Source: Octopus vulgaris (lineage: Eukaryota). From it: 64,000 bases of DNA. Shown one piece after another: positions 13,777 to 28,131 of this stretch. The translations under genes and the position numbers were made by a program. The stretch's first letter is position 1. Every line of letters starts with the position of its first letter. The stretch is from the NCBI GenBank assembly GCA_951406725.2, contig OX597819.1, forward strand, positions 35,774,001 to 35,838,000, read 5' to 3'. A model generated the notes under the pieces. The model ran no database searches and had not been told where the DNA came from. It saw only the letters and a list, made by a program, of their open reading frames with translations.

Positions 13777-14089
13777 AATGTGGAAGCGTCATCCAACCAA
13801 AATGCAAATATATGGGAAACTACCACCTGTGTCATCTCTTGTGAAAGGTAGGAGAGTCCAGTTTGCTGGACATTGTTGTAGAGATGAAAACGTGGCAATT
13901 TCTACTCTTCTCCTCTGGAAGCTATCTACTCGCAATACCAGAGGGCGCACACTCTCCTACCGTGATGTAATCTCTAGGGATACAGGCATCCAGTAACAGG
14001 ACCTCCGTAATGCCATGATGGACCGTGAAGTCTGGCGTAGCATAGTAAATTCCATTGTCTCGACCACGGTCAAACAATGATGATGATGA
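13777..14089 (+). mobile_element. 5'-truncated RTE-type LINE 3' end
   Basis: WKRHPTKMQIYGKLPPVSSLVKGRRVQFAGHC...LLLW...RGR; (GAT)n tail; apparent TSD TGGATAGA. Confidence 0.8.
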
Positions 14090-15019
14090 TGGATAGACTG
14101 TTGACTGAGTATGTCTTTATATTTATCTCTTAGTGTGTGACAACTGACAGTTCTCTATGCTAGAGAGACATGAAGAACACTGGGCAAATCGGCAGAAGGC
14201 TAGAGGTGTTTCACCAAAGATGCATGAGAAGGATTCTAAGGACATACAGGCAAGACTACATAACCAATCAAGACATTCTAAAGAGAGCCAACATAAGACC
14301 ACTCGGCGAAATAATCACAGAATGAAGGTTAAAAGTAGCAGGGTCACATACTCTGGTTACCAGAACAACACCATTCTAAAACAGCATAACTTAGCATTTC
14401 AACAAATAGAGTCTGATAAAGTAAAGTATCAGACTTAAAAATAAGCAATTTGATTGACTAAATCTTTCAGGGTGGTGCTCCAGCATGACTACGATACAAT
14501 GACTGAAAACAGGTATATGAGAATATAATATGAGAATATATTTATTTTCCATTCTTTGTTCAATATTCTTTTGGTTTATGATCATAAAATGAAGGTGTAA
14601 GCCCTCCACTCCTCCCCTTCCTCCTCCTCCTCCCTCAATTCTCCCCTCCCCTCCCCTCCCCCTCCTCACTCTTCCCCCTCCCCTCTTCCCCCTCCCTCTC
14701 ATATCCACCTCCCCCTCCTCCTCCAACCCCCCACTACCACGCTCATCACCATTGTTTTAATGTTCACTTATCCAAGTTCGCATGGGACAGACAGAACTTG
14801 TTGACACAATTTTCCAATGGTTAAGATACCCTTCCTGTTACCAACTACACCTTTTTTCTGAATACAGTAATATTTCTTCTTGGCAAGACATGTTTTTGTG
14901 GAAGATTGGAAGCAAAGTATGAAGGACACCTCTTATATTGTATGGTGGTGGTGACGCTCATTTACAACCATCGACTGATGTCAAGACAAGGAGACACTAA
15001 CACACACATGCACACAGAT

Positions 15020-15415
15020 ATGAGGTTTTATCAAAAAGTTTTCAGACTAGTTCTGTAGTGCACCAACAGACGGCAGCACATGGTTGTGTATACAGTGAGG
15101 GCTAGCAGTGACCTTCATGAGGCAGTGTGCTGAGTGACATTGCTGTGTTTACTTTGCAAGTTCTGAAATTTGTGTTTTTGTGATCATGTGTATGCTGTAG
15201 TCTGTGATTTTGTCATGGACAGGAACAAAGAGCCAACATAAAACTTTGTGTTAAACTTGGGAAGTCTGCTGCAGAAACATTGAGCATGCTTCAGCAAGCT
15301 TACAGCGATGAGATAATTGGGTTGTATGCAATATTTCAAGTGGTACGGGTACTTCAAAAGCCAAAGAATGTCCTTGGAAGATGAAGAGTAATCTGGAAGA
15401 CTTGTGAAGAGGTGC
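15020..15415 (+). pseudogene. Mariner transposase N-terminal (HTH) relic
   Basis: EQRANIKLCVKLGKSAAETLSMLQQAY...FKW...SLEDEE*SGR. Confidence 0.75.
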
Positions 15416-16312
15416 TGAGAGAGAGAAACGGTACAAGGCAGCAAGCTAGCAGAAATGTTAGCACGCCAGGCAAAATGTTTAGCAGTATTTTGTCTGCCGC
15501 TATGTTCTGAGTTCAAATTCCGCCGAGGTCGACTTTGCCTTTCATCCTTTCAGGGTCAATAAATTAAGTACCAGTTACACACTGGGGTTGATGTAATCGA
15601 CTTAATCCCTTTGTCTGTCCTTGTTTATCCCCTCTATGTTTAGCCCCTTGTGGGTAGTAAAGAAATAAGAAAAGGTACAAAGACACACACGCACACATGA
15701 CAGACTTCTTTCAGCTTTCATTTACCAAGTCCTCTCACAAGGCTTTGGTTGGCCCGAGGCTATAGTAGAAGACACTTGCCAAAGGTGTGACTCAGGGGTA
15801 CTAAACCCAGAACTATGTGGTTGGAGAGTAAACATCTCACCACACAGTCATATATATATGAAGGGCTTCTTTCAGTTTCCCTCTGGTAAATCCACTCACA
15901 ACTCTCTGGTCAACTTGGGACTATAGCAGAAGACACATACTCAAGGTGCCACTCAGTGGGAATGAACCTGAAACCAGTGGTTGAGAAGTAAACTTCTTAA
16001 CCACACAGCCACACCTGCACCTATAGGATAAAAATGGAAAATCATAAATCTGCTTAAATCTCTGTCAGATGTAATCTCCATAAATCTTATCCCGGATTGT
16101 TGGTGTGCCTACAAACAACAGCAAAACCGTTCAGCAGTTAACCAGTCTGCATTTTGATTCATCAATTAACAAAAAACACTACAGAAGTCATGTGGAGTAG
16201 GTTGAGTGACCTCATAGAGGCTTCTTTACTAGCTCAAGAATTGTTACCATTTGTAATTTATCCAAGTATGTATATCTTCAAAGTTGATATTTACCTTCCA
16301 TCTATTCAGCAT

Positions 16313-16734
16313 GGATCTTTTCAGTTTGAACGGCAGTTTTTAACATAATTTCTAGGTAACTAAAAAATGTTAAACTTTGTATACTGGTAGAATGTGTTTA
16401 TAAAACATCTTTTTCTCTTGGCATTATTGAAAAGATTCTATAGTTTGTAAGATATTTTTTGTTTTTCTTCTTCAATTTCTGCAATTTCAACCAATCACTG
16501 ACATCTATTGAGGTAAAAACATTCTGTGACGTATGAATATGTCCCTCGTTTAAGAAACAGATTGGGTTTATTTACATTCCCCACCCCTAACCATAACCCT
16601 AAATCTAACTAACCCTAACTAACCCTAACCCTAAAACAGATTGAAATGCTAGGGTCAATACTAGGGTCATAATTATGGGTGACAATTTCATATGACACCG
16701 CTAGAAAAAACTGCCGTTCAAACCAAAAAGATCT
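16313..16734. mobile_element. Second copy of the 11662-12073 MITE, with internal telomere-like repeats
   Basis: Same TIRs and body; (CCCTAA)-like array at ~16584-16634; TSD not recognisable. Confidence 0.85.
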
Positions 16735-18094
16735 GAGTTAAAGAGAAATATCACACCATACATGGGACATCAGATGCTCTATTTCCGTCTTATCAACAAG
16801 AATTTTCCTAGTGCAGAAATAAAAGCCATAATAACGATGCATTCTTATTACTTTATTGCCCACAAGGGGCTAAGCATAGAGGGGACAAACAAGGACAGAC
16901 AAAGGGACTAAGTCGATTACATCGACCCCAGTGCGTAACTAGTACTTAATTTATCAACCCTGAAAGGATAAAAGGCAAAGTCGACCTCGGTGGAATTTGA
17001 ACTCAGAACGTAACAGCAGATGAAATACCGTTAAGCATTTCGCCCGGCATGCTAATGTTTCTGCCAGCTCGCTGCCTCATTGTGCACAGAACTGCGCACA
17101 GAACACAGAAGTCGCTGTGCACAGAGTTGGAATGATTACTGTAAAGCAACTATTTGATGCCAGATCACTGGTGATTTCAAATTTTGATGCAGAGCATCTT
17201 AATTCTCATTGGTGGCTCTTACCACGCCTAGGGTTAAACTCAACTCACCTTGTCACCTTATAAGAAATCCGTTGAATTCATACACTGATTTCAAAAACGG
17301 TAAATAAAGAAAGAAATAGTTGGAGAAAGGGAAGAATTTTCTCCAATACTGATATTTTATTTATTGACCTTGAAAGACTAAAAGGCAAAACTGACTTTGG
17401 TAGAATTTGAACTCATTGTGCACAGAGCTGGAATGGTTACTGCAAAGCAATCTATTTGATGCTCCAACAAACCTACCAAGTAGAATGGGGAGGAAGAAAG
17501 GAGTATAACTATGAGAGAGAAGGGGCCAGAACAGAAAAGGGTTTTTGTTGTAGTGGAGCTGCATTATTTTATTCTTTTATTCTTTTACTTGTTTCAGTCA
17601 TTTGACTGTGGCCATGCAGGAGCACCACTTTAAAGGATTTTTTAGTCAAAGAAATTGACCTGCCATGCAGAGGGACTGAACCCAGAACCATGTAGTTGGG
17701 AAGTAAGCTTCTTACCACACAGCCACACATGCTCCTATGACCACTCATATTTTAAAAGAGAGGGTGGAAGTGACCAAATGGGGCCGAAAAGCAATAAGAA
17801 AGAAGTATTAATGATAGTGAGATGTCAGGGTAGACTTTTGAGTCTTTTTGCCAAACCACTAAGTTATGGGGACATAAACACCAATACAAGCACAGACACA
17901 CACACATGCACACGCACACACACACACACACACACGTGCGTGTCTGTCTACCAAATCCACTCACTAGGCTTTGGTCGACTTGAAGCTATACTGGAAGACA
18001 CTTGCCCAAGGTGCCATACAGTAAGACTGAACCCTGAACCATGTTGTTGGGAAGTAACCGTCTTACTACATAGCCACACTTGTGCCTATACTCT

Positions 18095-18480
18095 TTTACT
18101 TTCTTTTACTTGTTTCAGTCATTTGACTGTGGCCATGCTGGAGCACTGCCTTTACTCGAACAAATCGACTCCAGGACTTATTCTTTCTCAGCCTTGTACT
18201 TATTTTATCAGTCTCTTTTGCCAAACCGCTAAGTTACGGGAATGTAAACACACCAGCATCGGTTGTCAAGTGATGTTGGGGCGGACAAACACAGACACAC
18301 AAACATATATACACACACACATATACATATATACGACAAGCTTCTTTCAGTTTCCATCTACCAAATCCACTCACAAGGCTTTGGTCAGCCCGAGGCTATA
18401 GTAGAAGACACTTGCCCATGGTGCCACGCAGTGGGACTGAACCCAGAACCATGTGGTTCGTAAGCCACACAGCCACTCCT
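18095..18480 (-). mobile_element. tRNA-derived SINE, family 2 (ggctgtgtggtaag... head, gactgaaacaagtaaaaga tail)
   Basis: Matches copies at 26230-26615, 35742-36162, 44630-45070 and others. Confidence 0.85.
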
Positions 18481-19200
18481 ATGCCTATCCTAACATTTTC
18501 TTTACAAAATATTTTCCATGCAGATAGCATTCCCATGTAGTTTTGGTCATCATGGAAATTACTATACCAATCTCCTTCTGAAATAATTTAACCCATTAAG
18601 TATTAGGTTCTCTTTAATCTTGAAGCAAGGACAATTTCAGGTTCGTATGATCATGTATCTAATTAAAAATCCTTCATTTCATTATCAGGTTTAGCTAACC
18701 TAGTAATTAATCTGTAATTACTTTCATGTCTATTAATTTAACTTCCTAATATGAAATGTTTCATTTGCAAAAAACAAAACAAAACAAAAAAACCCCAACA
18801 AAAATCAAACAAAAAACCCTTTCATGATTCAAAGAAATCACAAACACAAAGCACATTCACTCTACCCACCATCTCTCTCTCTCTCTATATATATATATAT
18901 GTCAGTCTGTGTTTGTTTATTGCTTTCTTTATCTCTCTCATGTATATACAATCACACCAATTAATGAATAAAGGCATAAGCAAAAGACATACTTATACAT
19001 GCTTACATATATCTGATATATAATCACGTACACATATGTATAAACTAAATAAGCATTCAGTTACGCTAATAGACATATATAAAAAGCCATATACAGCCAT
19101 TTAAAACTTTATATGCATGCATATACATTCATACTTGAGAAATGACAATCATACATACATACATATACACACATGAATTCTCTCTCTCTCTTCATCTCTT

Positions 19201-19256
<56 letters not shown>

Positions 19257-20445
19257 ATACACATAAACACATAACACATATACATGTACACACTTGAATA
19301 CAGACACTTGGAGCTTGGCACAGTCCTCTGGCTCCCCGGCTCCTGTCAAACCATCTGACCCATACTGGCATATAAAACAGATGTTAAATGACAGTAACGA
19401 TGATGATAATAATGATGATGATGATGATGATGATGATGAAAGCACAGAATTTTAATCAGTACTTCAATAGCATTTTGTTTCTAATCATTGCCATGACAAT
19501 TCTATTGTATAACACTTACATTATTCATCAGCTAACTCTCTGTATACTTTCATTTCTTAATGAATATTCATGTATTTTCCATGCTAGACTGAATAGTTTT
19601 TGCAAACTCATATATTTGGAAGAACAGTTACAAATAGATTGGAGGTTTAAGGTTGGATATATCTTCTTTTGTGTTAAAAATCCTTGTTTTCAGTGAAATC
19701 ATGGGAATTTAGGTTAGTAGTTCAACTATTTAATTACTTAGCTACAGTATTCCTGTACATATTGATTTCTTAGACAAGCACAATGACTCAGATTTATTAA
19801 AAGGCAAGAGCAATGGGATGTTATGACCCACATGCATTCTCCACGAACAACTGTGGTCTAAGGAAAATGAATTAGCCTTGTTTCTTTATTTTATTCTACT
19901 TTTTATTTTTTACCTGCAGCTGTCAACTTGTAGACTATTCAAGAACGTTAATGGCTTCTATCTCTTACCAATCTTGAAGAACTTATGAAAGCAGGGAGCA
20001 CAGTTTCTTCCTACAGACCATATGAATCGTAAAATACAACCAACAGAAACAAAACTAAGAATAGACAGAGACGTGTGGGTAAGAAGCTTGCTGCGCAGTC
20101 GTATGTTTTCAGGTTCAGTCCTGCTGCATGGCAGCTTGGCCAGATGTCTTCTACTATAGCCCAACAACCAATACCTATTTCTTTACTACCCACAAGGGGC
20201 TAAACACAGAGAGGACAAACAAGGACAGACAAACGGATTAAGTCGATTATATCGACCCCAGTGTGTAACTGGTACTTGTTTAATCGACCCCGAAAGGATG
20301 AAAGGCAAAGTTGACCTCGGTGGAATTTGAACTCAGAACGTAGTGACAGATGAAATACTCTTAGCATTTCGCCCGGCATGCTAACGTTTCTGCCAGCTCC
20401 CCGCCTTGAGAGTAAATTTCATTGACAAGAACTATGTGGAAGCCC

Positions 20446-20483
<38 letters not shown>

Positions 20484-20525
20484 TGTATGTGTGTGTGTGC
20501 GTGTATACACACACACACACACATA

Positions 20526-21850
20526 AGGGTGGAGCGAAAAATGCAGCTTTTGAAATTGGTAACCAAGTATTGATATTTTGTCGTGAATTAGGGTTAAAAG
20601 AAAGGCGTATAAAGAACATTGTGGTTGGTGAGCTGGCAGAAACGTTAGGATGCCGGGCGGAATGCGTACCCGTATTTTGTCTGTTGTTATGTTCTGAGCT
20701 CAAATTCCGCTGAGGTCAACTTTGCCTTTCATCCTTTCGGGGTCGATAAATTAAGTACCAGTTACGCACTGGAGGTCGATGTAATCGACTCAATCCCTTT
20801 GTCTGTCCTTGTTTGTCCTCTCTGTGTTTAGCCCCTTGTGGGTAGTAAAGAAATAGGTTAAATATTCTTTTCAGGCTCTGCAATACAACTGAAAATTTTT
20901 TAAATTGCTAAATCCAAAATTTTTGATCAAATTTTGGATTTCATGGATTATAAGTCATAACAAATACATATTTCTACATTGCAGAATGCAAAACAGTAAA
21001 TACAGTATACTTAAGGGGTTTAATACCAAATTTCAATAAAATTGACAAATAGTTTGAAGTTCCGCATTGACTATAAAGAGAAAGGGAGTGTAAACTTCTC
21101 TCCAGTGTCGTTGCATGTGGATGTATATCGGACGTGTGTGAAGTTTTCTGCTTTGTACCCAGACTTTAGGCCATTATATTAAAATTAATGATAGTGTTAA
21201 ATTTAGTGTTGTTTACATTTAGTGATGACTCATAAGCCAATAATGCATCATGATATTGAATGCTCAATATTTGATACTCTATGTGATCTTAGCGAGCGAG
21301 TTTGGCCAACTTACAAGGACATACTAAAATGCGTTTTATTTGAACGAGAAAAAGAACAGAGTGTAGTTAAGAAAGATTCTTCAATTAAACAAATTGTCAA
21401 GATTGTAACAAACAGAAAAGATAATTCTTCTTTGGCAAAAAACATCCATCCCTTGTGTTACAACTGAGTCAGTTGAACCGAAAATCTTTAAACTTTTATC
21501 TAAAGTACCAAGTGTTACAAAACTCTGTGTAAAATAGGAAAAAAATGTGTCATTGTTTCAAACAAAGTGTATTATGTTTAAAAACAATGCAACAAAAGAT
21601 TTATTTGATATTTCCTGTTGCAAGTGCAACTCCTTTAAAAACTGCAGTTGTAGTAGAGACAAAAAATGTGCCACAGGGAGAACAAGATTTTTTTGCCGGG
21701 TCAATGGATAAATCAAAAAATGATCATTGGCAGAATAGATCAAGCAGTATCTAAACAGAACGTTCAGAGGGTGATTAGAAATAATCGGCCAGATCACAGT
21801 CACCCTTCTATGTCAGCAAAGGAAAGTTTAATATTTTTGGTTTAACTGAC
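20526..21850 (+). pseudogene. DNA transposon relic (Cys-rich transposase N-terminus), SINE inserted at ~20625-20856
   Basis: Frameshifted CSIFDTLCDLSERVWPTYKDILKC and KDLFDISCCKCNSFKNCSC...VPQGEQDF resemble invertebrate DNA-transposase N-termini; superfamily not determined. Confidence 0.5.
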
Positions 21851-21852
21851 TC

Positions 21853-21906
<54 letters not shown>

Positions 21907-21910
<4 letters not shown>

Positions 21911-23083
21911 GCAGTATCGCCCGGCGTTGCTCGGGTTGTAAGGGAAATAACTATAAAGCATTTTTAGAGAGTTATAGCCAAAAAATAGCAAAAAAATGCA
22001 TTAAAAATTGAAAAAAAATTAAGGTAAATTTTTTTAAAAAAATCGTTGACACATCGTAGATATTTTTAGAGAGTTACTTCCCTTATATAAAAGCGAAAAA
22101 ATGCATTAAAATGGAAAAATATGATGGTAAATTTTTTTAAATCGTAGACTCATCGTAGACGCGCGCTAATACCCAGAAGGGCTCGATATGAATCACGACT
22201 ATAAGATACCCACTTTTGGTTAAACTGCACCGCAAAATGTGGGAGTAGTTACGAATCTAAATCGAAGGGGACAGACACACAACTTCACTCTTATATAAAG
22301 ATGCTTTTTTTTTTTCAGTCATAGAGTTAGATTTATGAAGGTCTTCAGTAGAAAATCCTTCGAATTCTGACTCGCTGCTTGATATAATGAAATTCGTATC
22401 CATTTTTTGTCAGAATTACAAATTTTGAAAACACAATAGGAACAAATTTCGGAAAAAATCTCCCATAATTCACGGAATTAAAATTACACTTCGATTTTTG
22501 TACAAAACTGTATTTGAAGTGTTTACGAAGTATAATACGTGTTTTCACGAATGTACTAAAGAGATTTACTCTGATATTCTCATTTAAATATGAATAGGTA
22601 AATTCGGGCGGTTTGGTAACGAAAGGGTTTATATAAGTGTCGTCTGTTTATACATAAACACTGTTTCATACTTTCAGTTTAGTCTTCCTCAAATCACTCT
22701 GTCGCTAATTTACTCTCTTCCAAGAACATTTTCACTCACTCTTATCTGTTAGCTTCCCATACATTTTACTCATGTATCTATCAGCGTGATAGACAGAAAC
22801 AAATATTACATCTAGTTTCACTTTATTCGTTGCACACTGTGTGTGTGCGTTTGCGTGTGCTGTAAACCAGACTAAGAAAAGCATTTGACATACACACCAG
22901 AATGTGAGTTTTCTGTAAATTTTGCTTAATTGGAGTTTAAATTTTAAAAACTGGACCTGGCATGACCCGATGCATTCTACTCTTAAAAATGCTAGGTAAA
23001 TTGTAATTGAAGAAATCCTATATTGTAGATTTCTATAACTTACAAAGGGAGGCAGATAAAATCTGCCTTTTATAATAAGAGAT
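21907..23083 (+). mobile_element. Helitron-like non-autonomous element (composite)
   Basis: 5' subterminal hairpin cgcccggcgttgctcgggt; ends ttatataaagat (~22302) and tttataataagagat (~23083); no TSD; sits in (TA)n. Confidence 0.55.
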
Positions 23084-23120
23084 ATATGTATGTATAAAAA
23101 TATATATATATATATAAATA

Positions 23121-23941
23121 CATGGTGCGATGGGTAAATTGTTGCCCTTTTATATTTTAAATTTCACATTTGCATATTGTTTGTTTTTGATTTTGTCAAC
23201 TACAGAGCATGGTAGGGTCAGTTGGGCACTGTTTGTGAGAAAACCAGCACCATGATACGATTCACTCTGCCAGAAATTTGGAAATGACATGCTGTACTGC
23301 TTGGCAGTCGTGCCAGAAACTCCAATATGAGCATTTCTAAGTGTTTGGCTGTCAATCTGAAAACAGTGCAATCTGAGGACATGTACTGAGAGTGATAAAA
23401 ATCAAACATCCAGTCAACATCATGCTGTTTGGAGCGATCATTCATCTTCCCACATGGCCTCAGACTCAACATGTAGGCCTTCATCAAGTGCCTGGAGGAG
23501 GTAGTGCTGCCCTTGGTCAAGAGGGTGGCTGCAGGATGACCCTATGTCTGACAACAGGGCTCTGCACCATGTCACATAAGCAGGAGAACCAAGTCATGGC
23601 TGTCATACAATTTCACTTCACCTCTAACATCTGGCCACCTCACACACCAGACAGCAATCCCCTTGATTATTATGTGTGGGGTGCAGTTGAGCGAGAGACC
23701 AACAAAATTCCTTGTAACATCAAAGATGAACTGAAGGCAAAGATTATGGCAGCATTCACCAATTTAAACAAGTCATCTGGAGGCCGTGGTTAAAGCCAAT
23801 GGCGATTTTATTGAATGAATTTACTCTTTAGTATTTTAAGAAATTCTTATGTAATTTTGGTAAATATATCTGTTAGAATGAGATGTCAGTATCATTTTCA
23901 CTTTTGTGTAATTCAGATGACAGCTTATTCACCGCACACTG
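23121..23941 (+). pseudogene. Tc1/mariner-superfamily transposon relic
   Basis: WPPHTPDSNPLDYYVWG (WPPxSPDLNP motif) in ORF 23392-23793; imperfect TIRs; TA context. Confidence 0.8.
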
Positions 23942-24204
23942 CATATATATATATGTGTGTGTGTATACATACATACATACATATGTGTGCGTGTGTGTGT
24001 ATGTAGTTCGAATTTACCGAAAACAAAAGACAGAGACAGGTGAGGGAGCAGCAAGCAGGTATATTAGTTTGATGCTCAAGAAGAATGGAAAAGTCTTTGA
24101 TGTTTTGAGCCTACACTCTTCAAAAGAAAGGATTGACAGGATAAAATGGAGAGAGAAAAAAATGTTTTGAGATTATTGGTTCAACATGATGAAATGTATG
24201 TATA

Positions 24205-24253
<49 letters not shown>

Positions 24254-24347
24254 AATCCAAACGGGAAACAAAAAACAACAACAATGGAACAATTACAGTA
24301 TTATTATTAATAGGCGCTCAGGAAATGGAAGCAGGGAGGTATATATA

Positions 24348-24383
<36 letters not shown>

Positions 24384-24417
24384 TGTATGTATGTATGTAT
24401 GTATGTATGTATGTATG

Positions 24418-24511
<94 letters not shown>

Positions 24512-24602
24512 AAATATTATTAGAGACAAAACCACTATTTTGCAAAACAAACAAGGAAAGACTTAATCAATACATAAAATTTTAATAAATAGTCAAAAAA
24601 CG

Positions 24603-24645
24603 CCACTACAATTGTTTCTTGTCTTGATCGACAATCTTCAGGTGG
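24603..24645 (-). ncRNA. Type I hammerhead ribozyme (mirror copy)
   Basis: Exact reverse complement of 24695-24737. Confidence 0.85.
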
Positions 24646-24694
24646 ACTTCCAATAAGTCAGTTTCAAATTATTTGAAACTGACTTATTGGAAGT

Positions 24695-24737
24695 CCACCT
24701 GAAGATTGTCGATCAAGACAAGAAACAATTGTAGTGG
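24695..24737 (+). ncRNA. Type I hammerhead ribozyme, canonical core
   Basis: CCAC CTGAAGA TTGTC gatcaa GACAA GAAA CAATTG TA GTGG: all conserved core positions present, GUA cleavage triplet, palindromic stem III. Confidence 0.88.
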
Positions 24738-24936
24738 CGGTTTTTTTGACTATTTATTAAAATTTTATGTATTGATTAAGTCTTTCCTTGTTTGTTTTGC
24801 AAAATAGTGGTTTTGTCTCTAATAATATTTTATAATATTTTACTATAAAATTGGATTTAATCCTAAATCTGATTTTTTTCCCTGTAAATTTGGATTTATT
24901 CCCTAATATTTATTATATATGTATATATATATATAT

Positions 24937-24980
<44 letters not shown>

Positions 24981-25200
24981 TGTCTGGGAGACTCTTCTTA
25001 TAGTAGAGGAAATAGGTAAATTCTTTGGCTGCTATTTCTAAAAGTTCGGTATGTGGTAAAGCAAACTTTTTTGCTGAACCCTAATTATATAAAGTAATGT
25101 TTAAATTTACCGTAAATGGTCCTTTTACATACTGAACACGGCTTGGTAAAATTATTAATTACTAATTAATTAATTAATTTTACCCTTATTATTATTGACA

Positions 25201-25238
<38 letters not shown>

Positions 25239-25900
25239 TTATATGTATGTTTGTGTTTGTGTATATCCTTGGTTTTGTATTTGTCTTCTAGCCCACTGAT
25301 TGACAGCTGGTGTTAGTCTGTTTAGGCTACTGTAACTTAGTGAGTTGGCAAAAGAAATCTGATAAAATAAGTACAAGACTTAAAAGATGAGAACTGGGGC
25401 ATTGATATGTTGAACTAAATACTTCAAGGTGGTACTCCAGCATGCCTGCCGTCCAATGACTGAGACAAGTAAACGATATAAGAATTAAATGAGGCTTATA
25501 AATATTATATAATCAGTAGCAGTCATCATCATGATCGTTTTAACTTCCACATTTCTATGTTTTACATGGGTCAGATAGAATTTGCTGAGGTGGATTTTCT
25601 ACAGTTGGATGCCCTTCCTGTTGCCAACCCTTACCTGTTCCCAAGTAAAGTAATATAGTGAAGTAATATGGGCAAATTCTCCCCACAGAACACTGGAAAT
25701 GAAAGACACCACTTACATGACAGTGACATTCACAGGTATCATGTGATGCCAAGGCAATGAGTTAGCAATATGCACATACACACATGCACACACACATATA
25801 TATACATGTAATAAGTATATATATATATAATTGTGTATGTGTATATATATATTTACACACAATCACATACACACACATATGTGAGCATGTGTGTATGTAG

Positions 25901-25932
<32 letters not shown>

Positions 25933-26080
25933 ATGAATATATATATCCATGGGGTGATTATAATCAAAATAAGCAACAAGTATATCTTTGGTAATTTGAT
26001 ACGATCATTTCATGCTACTTCATTTTATTAAACATTGTAAGTATTACATCAGTTTTAAAATGTTGAGCAATCTTCATTTG

Positions 26081-26145
<65 letters not shown>

Positions 26146-26186
26146 ATATATACATATACACACACATATAATTACATATATACATA

Positions 26187-26231
<45 letters not shown>

Positions 26232-26945
26232 TTTTACTTGTTTCAATCATTTGACTGTGGCCATGCAGGAGCACCGCCTTTAGTTTAGGAAATCAACCCC
26301 AGGACTTATTCTTTGTATGCCTAGTACTTATTCTATTGGTCTCTTTTGCCACACTGCTAAGTTACGGGGGATGTAAACACACCACCATTGGTTGTCAAGC
26401 GATGTTGTGGGGGACAAGCACAGACACACAAACACACACACACATATATATACACATACATATATATGGCGGGCTTCTTTCAGTTTTCGTCTACCAAATC
26501 CACTCACAAGGCTTTGGTCAGCCCAAGGCTATAGTAGAAGATACTTGCTCAAGGTGCCATGCAGTGGAACTGAACCCGGAACTATGTGGTTGGTAAGCAA
26601 GCTACTTACTACACAATGTCAAAATCATCATCATCATCATCATCATTATTTAGCATCCGTTTTCCATGCAGGTCTGGGATGTATGGATTGGCATGAGTTG
26701 GCAAACCAGAAGACTGTGCTAGGATTTGTTGTTTGTTTTGGCATCGTGTCTTTTTTATGTCTGGATGCCCTTCTTAATGCCAACCACCTAAGAGTGTGGA
26801 CTGAGTATTTCTTACATGGTGTGTGTGCATGTTTGCGTGTGTGTGTGTGTGTGTGTGTGTATGCCTCTATATGTGTCTACCTTACATCTTTAGAAATTGT
26901 GTCTAGATTTGATAATAGAATCATGAGATATAAGACAGAATGATT

Positions 26946-26986
<41 letters not shown>

Positions 26987-27542
26987 TGTGTGAATGTTTG
27001 TACATGTACTTGCACTTGTATGTCTGTATATGAAAGTCTCAGCTTGTGAGACATATTTGTAACTTTCTGTTGATTAAAAAACTAAAACGAAGTATATATT
27101 TTCATCTATATATACAAATGTGGCTATTATAGAACACACCCATAATGCTATACATTATGAACGAACCTAACCCAGCAGCACATGCTTGCATTTAAACTGG
27201 CTATATCCAACCAAAATATTCTACTTGTTTTATCTTCAAACCAGCCAGACCTAACTTAAGTGTCACTCTAAAAATAAACAATCACATTACAGAAATTTCA
27301 TAGTCGAGATAATGTATGATTAATTCAAAACAAAAATAATAAATAAACATTAGATTTGACATTTGAATGTAAAGGGTTAACTGATTATCCATACTTAAAT
27401 ATCTATTTGTCTTTGTGTGAACAAAAACCTATATATCTATGAGCAGCCATTTTTATTCATCCATATTGTACCATTCAGCATTGTTTGGATTTCAATAATC
27501 CAATCACCATCTTGCTTTTGTTTTTCACTTCTGTTTGTTATG

Positions 27543-27586
<44 letters not shown>

Positions 27587-28131
27587 TTTATATATATTGA
27601 TCGATTTCAATGATATCCTTTTTAATGAGAAATAAAGTTTTCAAATGAAATCTAAAGATAGGATCTAGAATGAAAGTTAGCTTCAGTCTGCTTTGAAAAT
27701 GGTAAGTTTGGAATTCTATACTATACTGATTTTTATCATGATAGCATCAGCTCTTATATACTTGCCAATCAAAGAAATATAAGGCTTATTTTTAGCTTGA
27801 ATTAAGAGATAGTTCTAATAGAGTTTGAAAAGGAATTCAATAGATCTATCAAAGAAATATATTTTAGGAAATCAATAAAAAATAAAAGGCAAATTTATTT
27901 TTGAAAAATGTTAAAACCTGGTAGAAGTTTTATGTATTTTTGCATTTTTAAAGAAAACCTACTTTTCTTATGTAAGAATAAACAAACACACAAACACTAA
28001 CCTAACTATTTTGTTATTCTTATTTCCAATTCCTACTGGATAAATAATTGATAAAGTTATAAGATTACCAGTAGTATTAAAGTCCATGGCCATATCAATT
28101 GTTACTGATATATATATATATATATATATAT

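Larger units (their letters stand above)
24506..24915. mobile_element. Fold-back element in (TA)n with ~165-bp arms centred at 24670
   Basis: 24506-24669 is a near-perfect reverse complement of 24671-24835; the right arm continues to ~24915. Confidence 0.9.

Noticed and set aside
16584-16634. Telomere or chromosome-fusion site
   Set aside because: Short, degenerate and contained inside a MITE.
27600-28100. Possible Penelope RT C-terminal relic on the minus strand (FDRSIEFLFKLY-like)
   Set aside because: Too degraded to support without a profile search.
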